From the NCBI GenBank assembly GCA_963828195.1, contig CAWHDT010000004.1:49512-113511 (forward strand): a stretch of DNA of 64,000 nt. The letters are read 5' to 3'. A program made the position numbers and the translations under genes. The notes beneath the pieces were generated by a model. It made no database searches. It was not told where the DNA came from and saw nothing but the letters and a program-made list of their open reading frames with translations. Each line of letters starts with the position of its first letter. Positions within the stretch are counted from its first letter, which is position 1. Shown here one piece after another: positions 11,086 to 20,996 of this stretch. Source of the DNA: Candidatus Bathyarchaeota archaeon. Lineage in GTDB: Archaea > Thermoproteota > Bathyarchaeia > Bathyarchaeales > Bathycorpusculaceae.

Positions 11086-11150
11086 ATAAAAAATTACAAA
11101 AAAACTTAAAACGATACTATCAAAAAAGAGAAAGTTCAGTTGCTAACTTT

Positions 11151-11918
11151 TCAAAATTTTACGCTTTCGACGAGAATTCTCTTCATTATTCCTAAGCCAT
11201 GTCGAAGCTTGAGCTTTTTTTCACCCAATCTACTCCTGTAGTTAATTGGGATTTCAACAATTCTGTAACCACTTCGCCCAACTACAGCGTTCATTTCAGC
11301 CTCTACGTCGAAGCCTTTGCTCTTGGGTTTCCAAGCGTCAAGTAGCTCACTTCGTACAACACGCAGGCCAGACAGGGGGTCACCGAGGTTAACACCGTTC
11401 ATTATCAACTGGGCAAATGCAAACATCTTGTTGCCTAAGTAAAAAGGGTTTGCCACTGATTTGCTATCGTTGAGTTCGCCCTTGAACCTGTTCCCAATGA
11501 CCATTCCTACGTCAGGATTTTTCTCTAAAATCTCAACCATTTCAGGGATGTATTCAGCTGGATAAGTATAATCAGCATCGGTAAAAACCACATAGGGAAC
11601 TTTTGAGCCAATGTTGTGGAACCCCTGAAACATAGCGTCGCCCTTGCCAATACCCTCTTGAAGCAGGACATCTGCGCCCATATTTTTGGCTATTTCAATG
11701 GTTCTGTCAACGCTATTGCCGTCTACAACAACCAAGTAGGGCTTATCCAGAACGTCTTGCAATTCACTAATCGTGGGTCCCACTCCATCTTCTTCATTAA
11801 GCGTTGCTATAACCACTGATACTTTTGATCGATGTTCTTCAGCAAAAGTTAAACCTGATCTTTCTCCTTCACTAAATGTTCCTATAATCACTGGGGTACT
11901 TGAACGAATTTCAGTCAC
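11151..11918 (-). CDS. GT2 glycosyltransferase, DPM1/AglJ-like polyprenol-phosphate glycosyltransferase
   Basis: IATLNEE, VVDGNSVD, DADYTYP, VEIPINYRSRLGEKKL. Confidence 0.88.
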   Translation of the reverse strand: MTEIRSSTPVIIGTFSEGERSGLTFAEEHRSKVSVVIATLNEEDGVGPTISELQDVLDKPYLVVVDGNSVDRTIEIAKNMGADVLLQEGIGKGDAMFQGFHNIGSKVPYVVFTDADYTYPAEYIPEMVEILEKNPDVGMVIGNRFKGELNDSKSVANPFYLGNKMFAFAQLIMNGVNLGDPLSGLRVVRSELLDAWKPKSKGFDVEAEMNAVVGRSGYRIVEIPINYRSRLGEKKLKLRHGLGIMKRILVESVKF

Positions 11919-12060
11919 AAAAAAACCTCCAAAAAACCTAAAAATTAGCGTTATGTACTAAGCAGGAAAACAAGCTATTAAAGTCGTAAGGATTAAATAT
12001 CTCGAACAATCAGCAGATGTTCTATATCTTTTCAGCAAAATTCCAGAGGAATCCAAGTTA

Positions 12061-12735
12061 TTACTTGTAAAACACTTCTTTATTTCCAAGGTGACCCTTA
12101 GTTTCTACAATGGGTTTCGTTTGATTGCTTAACCATATCTGAGTTTCGCTTCTGAACTCTTCCACTGCCCGTTTCTTAATGTCCAAGTAATCTGAAATGT
12201 TGACAACTCTCGTTCGGTTACTTAAGAAACCAATCATTTTTTCGAATTTTGGTCCAATGCGCGAAAATTTGTGAGTGATAGAATACTGAAACACACTATT
12301 TTCCAAGTTACGTTTTTGAAGGCAACGTCTAATCACTCTGCTTGCAGATTGATGATCAGGATGCCAGTCTCGCTTTAGTGGGAAATATACTTCATCGGGA
12401 AAATGCCCTTCTAAGAAAGCAGTTACTGCTTGCTCGACTTCAGGCTCATGTTGTGAAAGAGTATAATCTTCGAAATCAAAGAAAAACAAGTTGCTCTTCA
12501 GCACACCTAAAATGGAAACGGCGTCAGTAACCTCTTTTTTTCGAATTTGCTTTATTTCTTCTGGAGTTGGGTTTGACGTTATGCTTAAAACTTTTGAGAA
12601 TGCATGCCTGCCATCAGTCATGATTACGACAAATACTTTGTAGCCTTCATTGATTCTTTTAGCTATTGTTCCTCCACAACCCAGCGTTTCATCATCGGGA
12701 TGGGGAGCAAAAAATATGGCCGTTTTCTCGCTCAT
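12061..12735 (-). CDS. PIG-L/LmbE family N-acetylhexosamine deacetylase
   Basis: APHPDDETLGCGGTI and HPDH metal motifs. Confidence 0.92.
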   Translation of the reverse strand: MSEKTAIFFAPHPDDETLGCGGTIAKRINEGYKVFVVIMTDGRHAFSKVLSITSNPTPEEIKQIRKKEVTDAVSILGVLKSNLFFFDFEDYTLSQHEPEVEQAVTAFLEGHFPDEVYFPLKRDWHPDHQSASRVIRRCLQKRNLENSVFQYSITHKFSRIGPKFEKMIGFLSNRTRVVNISDYLDIKKRAVEEFRSETQIWLSNQTKPIVETKGHLGNKEVFYK

Positions 12736-12780
12736 AATACACGCCTTATTCCAAAAAGTGTAGAGTTAGCGTCTTATTTT

Positions 12781-13899
12781 TTAACTGCTTTTTTTAAGAG
12801 AGATTTTTAGTTTTGTGGCGATGTTCTCAACGGTGTTTCCCCAAGTAACACGATCGTATAGCTCGCTGATTATTTTTTTGTGAACAAGCCGCACTTCAAA
12901 GTTTCTTCTGTAATTGTTGGTCCATTGTTTCTTGTAGGGTTCATCTCCTCTGGTCATATCGTATTCTGTGAAACCCTTTGCTATGCATTCTCTTAAAAGA
13001 AACATAATTATTAAATTTCCAACAGAGAACTCGGAGTACTTTGGAAGAAAACCCGCGAGGTAATAATACATTTTTTTATCATACTCAAACGTGTATTGGG
13101 CAGCCACGGGTTCTCCGTCTATCCTGAGAAAATAGATGCCCAACCAATTATTCCCCGCAAAAACTTCGGCTACATCCTTGTGAAAATTCCTAAAGGTTTC
13201 CTCAGCGAAGGCTCCAGGCTGACCTTCTGATTTCCACTTCAGCTCATGCAACCCGATGAAAATATTCATCGCTTCTTTAACTGAGAAACCGGCTTCATCA
13301 AATCTCTTTAGGTCTACAGTATGATTTTCCTGAATTTTTCTAACGTATCGATTTAGGTTTTGCCTCAAATTTCGGCCAAAACTCTTTCTTAGGCTGTCGA
13401 ATGTATTTGGCAGCGCAACATACGGACATAGGTTACAGACTCTTTCCTTCGTTTCAAGGTTTAAAGAGGGAGCCATAAACAGTTGTTTTGAATAATTAAT
13501 GTTTTCAGGAATCTCTTTTAGTTCAATCCAATCCCAATCTTCTTCTTCAGTAAGATAGTCTAGTATGTACCTCATGAACTCATTTTCTTTTTTTGAAACG
13601 ATAAAATTGTTATAATCTGAATGGCGAGCCCCCAGAAATTCGATTTTCTTAATTGAGCCAAAACTTGCCAGTTTGTATTTAGATAACATCAGTGGAGCTA
13701 TTCCCAAAATTTTGTTGTCTTCTTCGACTTTTAAGAGCAAAAGTTTTCTTTGTGCTCCGAAATGCTTCCACCATGTGGATAACCAATCTACTGTTAAGAA
13801 AACGTTGTTGCCAAACCGGTTTTCTTTAAGGATTTGATCCCACACGTTTCGAATACTTTCAAAATCGTCAACTTCGGTTACTTTCAATGTATCCTTCAA
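12781..13899 (-). CDS. Fem-clan double-GNAT protein (CelD/BcsL, Acetyltransf_6 type)
   Basis: FLTVDWLSTWWKHF, SDYNNF, YYYLAGF, EYDMTRGDEPYKKQW. Confidence 0.85.
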   Translation of the reverse strand: MKDTLKVTEVDDFESIRNVWDQILKENRFGNNVFLTVDWLSTWWKHFGAQRKLLLLKVEEDNKILGIAPLMLSKYKLASFGSIKKIEFLGARHSDYNNFIVSKKENEFMRYILDYLTEEEDWDWIELKEIPENINYSKQLFMAPSLNLETKERVCNLCPYVALPNTFDSLRKSFGRNLRQNLNRYVRKIQENHTVDLKRFDEAGFSVKEAMNIFIGLHELKWKSEGQPGAFAEETFRNFHKDVAEVFAGNNWLGIYFLRIDGEPVAAQYTFEYDKKMYYYLAGFLPKYSEFSVGNLIIMFLLRECIAKGFTEYDMTRGDEPYKKQWTNNYRRNFEVRLVHKKIISELYDRVTWGNTVENIATKLKISLKKSS

Positions 13900-13923
13900 C
13901 TCTTCGGAGTTAAAACTGAAGAT

Positions 13924-14823
13924 TTAATGTTCACTGAATAAATGTAAATAGACATTAGCAGCTGTTGTTCTTAAATTATCTTTAAGGGTTTTACTTGGAA
14001 ATTGCTTCATGAAATAATCAAATTCCCCAATCGGAGAAAAATGAAAAGTGCCAATTCCTTTTTTATCTGCCAAAGCAACTGCGCCAACTGATTTCGGAGA
14101 TAAACCCACCAGTTCTGAAACTGCACTATCTGCCGCCACCACGTCTTCACTGGACATGACCATGTTCAACCGTTTGGTATGCGTCCCAATTACAGCCAAA
14201 CCATCAAGAACCACCAAATGCGTCTTTATCTCTTCATTTATTGCAACGATAGCCTCATCTAGCACCTTGTGGTAGATGAACTTATTTGGATAAGCGTTGC
14301 ATCCAAAGAAGTTTTTTAGCGCACAAGAAATCTTAACCCTTTGCATATATTTCGGCTTAGGAACATTTACCACCAGATCAGCCTCGGAAAACAATTCAGG
14401 TATATGAAACTTGAAGTCTTTACCGTCAAATGTTCTGTTAACGATTTTGTATTTCTCTTCAGTCAAGTTAACCATGTTTACCTTTTTTTCCGTTGCCATC
14501 TTATTGTACCCAAGCATACTAAACGCGTTTTTGCATTTCATGGCTGAAGCATCCGATTCAACAACAAAAAATTCTGAAGCATCCGTGTTTTCCCTGAAAA
14601 CATCAATCAGGGCTCCTACAAACCGGGGGTCAGTCACTTCCCCCGTTGACGGATGATAATAATAGCACATATTTGGCTTGATTACGATTTTTTTAGACTT
14701 TCTGCCAAAATCAAATTTAATTAAATCAAGCGATTCCTTAATGGCTTGTTTTACTGCTTCAGGTTCACAGTTTTTAGTACGCACAAAACTAACAAGGCTC
14801 AAAGTGTATTTCCTCCAGAACAT
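13924..14823 (-). CDS. DUF362 domain protein (paralog of 9023-9955)
   Basis: IVIKPNMCYY, VNVPKPK, SCALKNFFG. Confidence 0.85.
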   Translation of the reverse strand: MFWRKYTLSLVSFVRTKNCEPEAVKQAIKESLDLIKFDFGRKSKKIVIKPNMCYYYHPSTGEVTDPRFVGALIDVFRENTDASEFFVVESDASAMKCKNAFSMLGYNKMATEKKVNMVNLTEEKYKIVNRTFDGKDFKFHIPELFSEADLVVNVPKPKYMQRVKISCALKNFFGCNAYPNKFIYHKVLDEAIVAINEEIKTHLVVLDGLAVIGTHTKRLNMVMSSEDVVAADSAVSELVGLSPKSVGAVALADKKGIGTFHFSPIGEFDYFMKQFPSKTLKDNLRTTAANVYLHLFSEH

Positions 14824-15813
14824 TTACGCCATTACTTGAGCGTTCCTATATGCTAACGAAATTGCTTGCAAACCGAGAAGTCCTTCTTCGCCGGACGGTT
14901 GCGGTTGCTCATCCTTTTGTATGCAATTAACAAAATGTTGCAGTTCCAAATAACGTGAAGTTTCTTTAGCCAATCCAAATTTTCTTGCAATTCCTGCCCG
15001 TATTATGCTTGAAGTGCTGACTGGAGCCAATTGAACTGATGTGTTTTTGGCTGTACCGCAAACTTGAAGTGACGAGATGAAGCTTTTTGAAAACCAACCA
15101 GCCTTAACAGTTCCAATAGCGCCATTCTTAAATTTTAATGTGCAAGTCGCTACGTCCTCCAAATCCGTTCTGAACAGGTATTTGAGGACGCTACTTGCAG
15201 ATTCAACTTCACCGAAAAACCATATTAGTATGTCAACGAGGTGCGAGCCTAAATCTAGCAAGGCGCCTCCTCCCGTTAGCTCTTTGTCAAGCCACCACGA
15301 AGGCACTTTGACAGGTCCTATGCTGTCACTCCTGGGAGAGAACGGTCCACCGCTTATGTTCGTAGCTTCCGCAATTTGCACTTCACCGAAATAACCATTG
15401 ACTATTTGATCATGAAGCCTGATAACAAGAGGATCAAACCGCATGTTAAAGCCAACCATTAACTTTACGGAGTTTTTCTGGACTGCAGACAGAATTTTCT
15501 CGCCCTCCTCGACATTTCTTGCAAGGGGTTTTTCCAAAAGGATATGTTTTCCTGCTTCCGCCGACTTCACCGCAGCTTCTTGATGAAGAAAATTCGGCAA
15601 ACTGATGATGACCCCGTCAATATTCGCATCTTTGAGGAGATCTTCATATTTTTCATAGACGTCTTTGACTCCATATTTTTTTGCGGTATTTCTGGCCTTC
15701 GGAGATAAGTCTGCTACAGCTTCAATCTTGAATTCTTTTAACTTTAAAGAACTGCTAAGTAGGGATTTGCCTTCAACGCCAAGACCGATAAGTCCCAAAT
15801 TAATCGTTTTCAA
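14824..15813 (-). CDS. Gfo/Idh/MocA oxidoreductase (paralog of 9955-11085)
   Basis: GLIGLG, LEKP, GGGALLDLGSHLVD. Confidence 0.9.
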   Translation of the reverse strand: MKTINLGLIGLGVEGKSLLSSSLKLKEFKIEAVADLSPKARNTAKKYGVKDVYEKYEDLLKDANIDGVIISLPNFLHQEAAVKSAEAGKHILLEKPLARNVEEGEKILSAVQKNSVKLMVGFNMRFDPLVIRLHDQIVNGYFGEVQIAEATNISGGPFSPRSDSIGPVKVPSWWLDKELTGGGALLDLGSHLVDILIWFFGEVESASSVLKYLFRTDLEDVATCTLKFKNGAIGTVKAGWFSKSFISSLQVCGTAKNTSVQLAPVSTSSIIRAGIARKFGLAKETSRYLELQHFVNCIQKDEQPQPSGEEGLLGLQAISLAYRNAQVMA

Positions 15814-15951
15814 AAAATAACCTCTTTTTTTTACAAATAATAAAGTTTCAAAGATAACGCAGCAAATGTTATAGTGATTTTTATTTCTTTTCCAATATTT
15901 TGCACAAATTATCGAGTAATGCTTTGAATTGCCTGATGAATCGTGAGCAGG

Positions 15952-16695
15952 TCATGCCTGACTTTTTTGAGTTTCTTTCAGTTGAAGAAGTGCGTATATT
16001 CTTATTGCCGCCCACTCTTCTTTAAAGTGAGCATCATACTGGCCTATATCTATTATCTCATAGTTGTGATCAAACAACAACTTTAGCATGGCATTGTAGC
16101 CTTTATAGTGTGGTGAACTGATTGTAGCAAGCTCATCTACGAATGGGCATGTTAGAGTAGGCACGTCAATGTTTTTTCTGTTTGTCTCAAGGAAAAATAA
16201 GCGGGGTTTGTTAACATTCAGTAATTTATCCATTAAAGATACAAAAGATGTTTGACTGCATATATCAAATGCTCCGAGAAGAAGAATTGCGGAGAACAGA
16301 CGATCTGACCCTGATTGCAGATTTAACTTTTCAAAAGAAGACGAATGTACCCAGGTACCTTTTGGATAAATTTGTTTAAGGTCTTTAATTGCTTTGGCGC
16401 TGTTGTCAAAACCTGTTATATTGTATCCCGATTCTAAAAGTGGACCTGCCAACGGAGAATACCCACACATGACATCCAAAAAATTGTCGCCCGGGTTAAG
16501 ATAGGGCTTTATTATGTTAAGAAGAGTTTCTCCGCGGTTGTTGACGTTTTTTAAATATGGATATTCATATCGAGAAGTGATTTTGCGCAAAACAGTTATC
16601 GCTGGCTTTTCTAAATGTAGAAAACGCAATGTCTTTTGCGCTGAATGTTTAACGCTCTGCTTGTTCATTGTTTTCCTTTCCGATGCCCTATTCAT
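15952..16695 (-). CDS. Class I SAM-dependent methyltransferase-like protein
   Basis: FLDVMCGYS motif I, ITGFD motif II; close paralog at 23642-24349. Confidence 0.75.
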   Translation of the reverse strand: MNRASERKTMNKQSVKHSAQKTLRFLHLEKPAITVLRKITSRYEYPYLKNVNNRGETLLNIIKPYLNPGDNFLDVMCGYSPLAGPLLESGYNITGFDNSAKAIKDLKQIYPKGTWVHSSSFEKLNLQSGSDRLFSAILLLGAFDICSQTSFVSLMDKLLNVNKPRLFFLETNRKNIDVPTLTCPFVDELATISSPHYKGYNAMLKLLFDHNYEIIDIGQYDAHFKEEWAAIRIYALLQLKETQKSQA

Positions 16696-16755
16696 TGTTA
16701 ATTTTGTAAGAATTTGGATGTTAATCGCTGAGTTTTACAAGGGATCGTTGCGGAT

Positions 16756-19700
16756 CTAATTGGAAAAGGGGGAGGTTACGTCATTTTTCCGTTTTTTTAA
16801 TGACAGTGCAACCGCGCCAAAGGTCACAAGCACAATTGCTAACAAGACTAAAATGAATGCTACAGTGCTGAACTCTGGTACTGTTGGGGTTGGAGAGGGA
16901 GATGCAGTTACAATCGGAGTAGGAGACGGAGACGCAGTTGGAACTGGAGTTGGTTTTGGAGTTGAGACTGGAGTAGGTGAAGGGGTCGAAGTAGGTGAAG
17001 GAGTTGGAGTAGGTGCGACAGATACAGTAATGGTAGATGCAGTAGAGTTCACCGCGATACCCGTATTGTCAGTTACTTGGAGGATAAAGTTCCAGTCGCC
17101 AACAGCAGTAGAAGATGAAATTGAAAAGTTGTAGAAAGACGAAGTTGCACCGCTAATAGAAGAGTATGAGAGTGCACCAGGAGCCTTGCTAAACCATTGA
17201 TAGGTGTAGGGCGAAGTGCCAGTTGCCAAAGCAGATGAAGTTACATTGACTGTTTGCAGTGTCTGGCTTTGAACGATTGTGCTAGGAGTAGGCGTCAACG
17301 AAGGAGCAGCCAAAACAGAATTTACCGTAACAGAAGGCGAAGCGGATTGAGGCGAAGTTATACCTAAGCTGTCAGTAACAGTTGCCGTAATTAATGGGGA
17401 ACCAGAAGCACTAGCAGAATAAGTATAGGTTGAAGCCGTTTTGCCGCTTTGAGCTACGCCGCCAACATACCATTGGTATGATGAATAACTACCTGAACCT
17501 CCAGTGGGATTAGCAGTAAATACATTGGACTGACCAACGTCCAAAGTCAATGAAGTAGGCGTTATAGAAACAGTTGGAGAACTCACCATAACAGTGGCTG
17601 CAGTAGAGTTCACCGCGGCACCCGTATTATCCGTCACTTGAAGGATGAAACTCCAACTACCGGTAGCCGTTGAAGCCGAAGTGACAAAACTGAAACTTCC
17701 TAAGTTTGGACCCTCCTTAACGTAACTTCCGCCTGGAGCCTTCTCAAACCATTGATACGTATATGGCGAAGTGCCAGTTGTAACAGCAGTAGAAGTCAAA
17801 CTTGAAGTCTGGCTCTGATCAACAGCGACAGGTGAAGGAGAAACTGTGGGAGCAGCCAAAACAGAATTTACCGTAACAGCAGGAGCAGAAGACTGAGGCG
17901 AAGTTACACCCAATAAACTGTCAGTAACAGTTACCGTAATTAATGGGGAACCAGAAGCACTAGCAGAATAAGTATAGGTTGAAGCCGTTTTGCCGCTTTG
18001 AGCTACGCCGCCAACATACCATTGGTATGATGAATAACTACCTGAACCTCCATAAGCAATAGCAGTGAACATCTCAGATTGGCCAGCATCCATTGTCCAA
18101 GAAGTAGGCGATACAGTAACAGTTGGAGTGACGGTCACCATAACAGTGGCTGCAGTAGAGTTCACCGCGGCACCTGTGTTGTCAGTCACTTGGAGAATAA
18201 ATTTCCAGTTGCCAGCAGTCGTAGACGAAGAAGTCACAAAGTTGTTGTTGGACGAAGTTGCGCCACTTATAGATGTGTAAGATAATGCACCGGGGGCTTC
18301 ACTGAACCACTGGTACGTGTAAGGAGTAGTACCTGTTGTAACCGCGGTAGAAGTTAAACTACAAGGCTGACCCCGACCGATGATACTTGGATTAGGCGAT
18401 ACAGTCGGAGCAACCAAGGCAGAGTCAACAGTTACAGTTGCAGAAGCAGAATTCAGCGTTGATCCGCCTCCAGTGGGGGTCAATTGAAGCTGGAAGCTCC
18501 AGCTGCCCACAGCTGTAGAAGCGGAAGTCACAAAGTTATAGCTAGACGATGTTGCGCCGCCTATAGGTGTGTAAGAAGATGCGCTTGGAGCCTTACTAAA
18601 CCATTGATATGTGTAAGGCGAAGAACCCGTCACGGCAGGAAAAGTCAAACTTGAAGTTTGACCCTGATTCACTGAGCCAGGCGAAACGGATACGGTGCGA
18701 CCAGCTAAAGTTGAGCCATCTGGTATTACTGAGGCTATTTGGGACAGGGCATTGCCTATAAATATCTCTCCCAAGCCAGAATCATACGCAGCGCCATAAG
18801 GAACCATTCCCACTCCGATATTTTCAATTACGGAGTTACCGCTGTCTGATATCACCGAAACAGAGCTAGAAAACTCGTTGGCAACGAATATTTCGCCCAA
18901 GGCAGGATCATAAGCCATGCATTCAGGTTGGGTTCCGACGTCTATGGGCGTACCAACCACGGTGTTAGTACTGTCAGATATCACCGAAACCGTGCCGGCC
19001 CAATAATTGGTTACGAATATCTCGCCCGTGCCAGAATCATAAACTACACCATCCACGCCAGACCCCGGACTTCCCACAGTTATGGTTGTGATAACAGTAT
19101 TAGTGCTATCCGATATTACAGAGACCGTGCCGGAATTATAGTTGGCGACAAATATTTCACCTTTGCCAGAATCATAAGCTAAACCATATGGGTAGGTTTG
19201 CACGGGTATGGTTGCCACCACGGTATTGGTAGCATCATTAATCACAGAGACAGAGTTGCCGCCTGGTTGCGTAGATGAAGACTCATTTCCATAATTGGTA
19301 ACGAATATTTCGCCTTTTCCGGAATCATAAGCTACACATGAGGGACCGAGACCAGTGGTTATGTTTGCTACCACTGCATTGTTGCTGTCTGATATCACAG
19401 AAATCGAGTTGGTTGTATAGCTGCTTACGAATATTTCGCCCTTAGCAGAATCATAAGCTACGCCATAAGCCCAGTTTCCTACAGGCAAAGTCGCAACCAC
19501 CTCATCATTACTATCAGATATAACCGAGACAGTGCCGGCTCCAGCATCAGCCACGAATATTTCGCCCTTACCAGAGTCATAAGCAACATCTTGGGGCCAG
19601 CTTCCCACGGGCACCGATGCAACCACAGTATCCGATATGATTGAGACAGAGGTAGACCCAGAGTTGGCAACGAATATCTCACCCAGATAAGAATCGTAAG

Positions 19701-20616
19701 CTTCGCCAGAAGGATCAGAACCCACAGAAATAGTTCCGCCGGTTGTAAGCACTGCATTTGTGCTGTCAGAAATTATCGAAACAGTTCCAGAGCCACTGTT
19801 CGCCACGAAGATCTCACCCGCGCCAGAATCATAAGCCACACCAGAAGGACCGCTTCCAACGGATGGAGAAGCAATCACGGTATTAGTGACGTCAGATATC
19901 ACTGAGACAGAGCCAGACCCTTGATTAGCAACGAATATTTCGCCCTTAGCAGAATCATAAGCTAGACTTTCAGGATCAGATCCCACAGAGATAGGTGTAC
20001 CAACTACGGCATTAGTGCTATCCGATATCACCGAAACACTCCCAGAGCCACCGTTGGCGACAAATATTTCGCCCTTAGCAGAATCATAAGCTACAGCAGT
20101 AGGATCAGTTCCCACAGTAACGTTTGCCACAACCGTATAAGTGCTAAGCGAAATCACCGAGACATTGCCTATTCCGGAATCAGCCACGAATATTTCGTTT
20201 TTGCCAGAATCGTAAGCCAAGCCTGAAGGACCGGCGCCGGCACCCAAAGACACATTTGCCACAACTGCATAAGAGTAATCATCTAGCGCGTAAACCGTGT
20301 TGGACCCAGAGTTTGAAACGAATACCTGATTTCCAGAATCCCAAACTGCACCAATGGGATCTGATCCCACTGACACGTTCGCAATCACCGCCTCAGTGCT
20401 GTCCGATATTACAGAGACGTTGTCGGAGCCGCTATTGACAACGAATATAGTCCCCTTGTTAGAATCGTAAGCTACGCCCGCAGGATTGGTTCCTACTGTT
20501 ATGGTTGCGTTTATTGCGGTGCCGGAGGCTATATCCACATGGGTTATTAAAGTGGCAAAAATCATAATGAAAATAATGAAAACGAATCCTAAAAGTTTAG
20601 AAAACTTTACTTTCAT
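16756..20616 (-). CDS. Cell-surface protein: YVTN beta-propeller repeats, Ig-like repeats, Pro/Thr linker, PEF-CTERM-type anchor
   Basis: Signal peptide; about 14 repeats of AYDSxKGEIFVAN.GSGSVSVISD; repeated YTYQWF/WxFILQVTD modules; C-terminal VPEF-TM-KKRK. Confidence 0.9.
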   Translation of the reverse strand: MKVKFSKLLGFVFIIFIMIFATLITHVDIASGTAINATITVGTNPAGVAYDSNKGTIFVVNSGSDNVSVISDSTEAVIANVSVGSDPIGAVWDSGNQVFVSNSGSNTVYALDDYSYAVVANVSLGAGAGPSGLAYDSGKNEIFVADSGIGNVSVISLSTYTVVANVTVGTDPTAVAYDSAKGEIFVANGGSGSVSVISDSTNAVVGTPISVGSDPESLAYDSAKGEIFVANQGSGSVSVISDVTNTVIASPSVGSGPSGVAYDSGAGEIFVANSGSGTVSIISDSTNAVLTTGGTISVGSDPSGEAYDSYLGEIFVANSGSTSVSIISDTVVASVPVGSWPQDVAYDSGKGEIFVADAGAGTVSVISDSNDEVVATLPVGNWAYGVAYDSAKGEIFVSSYTTNSISVISDSNNAVVANITTGLGPSCVAYDSGKGEIFVTNYGNESSSTQPGGNSVSVINDATNTVVATIPVQTYPYGLAYDSGKGEIFVANYNSGTVSVISDSTNTVITTITVGSPGSGVDGVVYDSGTGEIFVTNYWAGTVSVISDSTNTVVGTPIDVGTQPECMAYDPALGEIFVANEFSSSVSVISDSGNSVIENIGVGMVPYGAAYDSGLGEIFIGNALSQIASVIPDGSTLAGRTVSVSPGSVNQGQTSSLTFPAVTGSSPYTYQWFSKAPSASSYTPIGGATSSSYNFVTSASTAVGSWSFQLQLTPTGGGSTLNSASATVTVDSALVAPTVSPNPSIIGRGQPCSLTSTAVTTGTTPYTYQWFSEAPGALSYTSISGATSSNNNFVTSSSTTAGNWKFILQVTDNTGAAVNSTAATVMVTVTPTVTVSPTSWTMDAGQSEMFTAIAYGGSGSYSSYQWYVGGVAQSGKTASTYTYSASASGSPLITVTVTDSLLGVTSPQSSAPAVTVNSVLAAPTVSPSPVAVDQSQTSSLTSTAVTTGTSPYTYQWFEKAPGGSYVKEGPNLGSFSFVTSASTATGSWSFILQVTDNTGAAVNSTAATVMVSSPTVSITPTSLTLDVGQSNVFTANPTGGSGSYSSYQWYVGGVAQSGKTASTYTYSASASGSPLITATVTDSLGITSPQSASPSVTVNSVLAAPSLTPTPSTIVQSQTLQTVNVTSSALATGTSPYTYQWFSKAPGALSYSSISGATSSFYNFSISSSTAVGDWNFILQVTDNTGIAVNSTASTITVSVAPTPTPSPTSTPSPTPVSTPKPTPVPTASPSPTPIVTASPSPTPTVPEFSTVAFILVLLAIVLVTFGAVALSLKKRKNDVTSPFSN
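17303..18052 (-). repeat. Near-identical ~200-bp intragenic duplication (about 17303-17502 vs 17849-18052)
   Basis: Shared DNA encoding GGSGSYSSYQWYVGGVAQSGKTASTYTYSASASGSPLIT. Confidence 0.85.
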
Positions 20617-20996
20617 AAAAAATCCCTCTTAAAATTTCATTTAATAAAGCTACTTAGCTCTGCCTTTTATGGCAAGCGCTCTTCTATTTTTATTAGAATA
20701 ACTTAACTTATAAGCATTTTGCAAAAAACTTTTGAAATTAATTTTTTTAATGGGGTGTTTATGTTTTTCCATATTTTGAAAACCTCTTAACATATTTTAT
20801 GTTGTGGGGCAATAAGCTCGTTCACTATCATTGATGATCTACAAGAGGGTTGGGTGCTTAACGTGGACAGAATTGAACCTGCGCCAAGTCAACGGCGGCT
20901 TCATTGAATGACAAATCTAGAAAAGCTGACTGCAAACCTTTACTTTTAAAAATAATGTAAAGAATGGGAATAACTGGTAAAACAACGTTCGAAACC

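Noticed and set aside
18700-20500. DGR template/variable repeats in the YVTN gene
   Set aside because: Differences are not adenine-specific and there is no reverse transcriptase; ordinary coding repeats
20862-20890. GCAGGTTCAATTCTGTCCAC (minus strand) as a tRNA fragment
   Set aside because: T-loop-like only; stem pairs poorly and no anticodon arm
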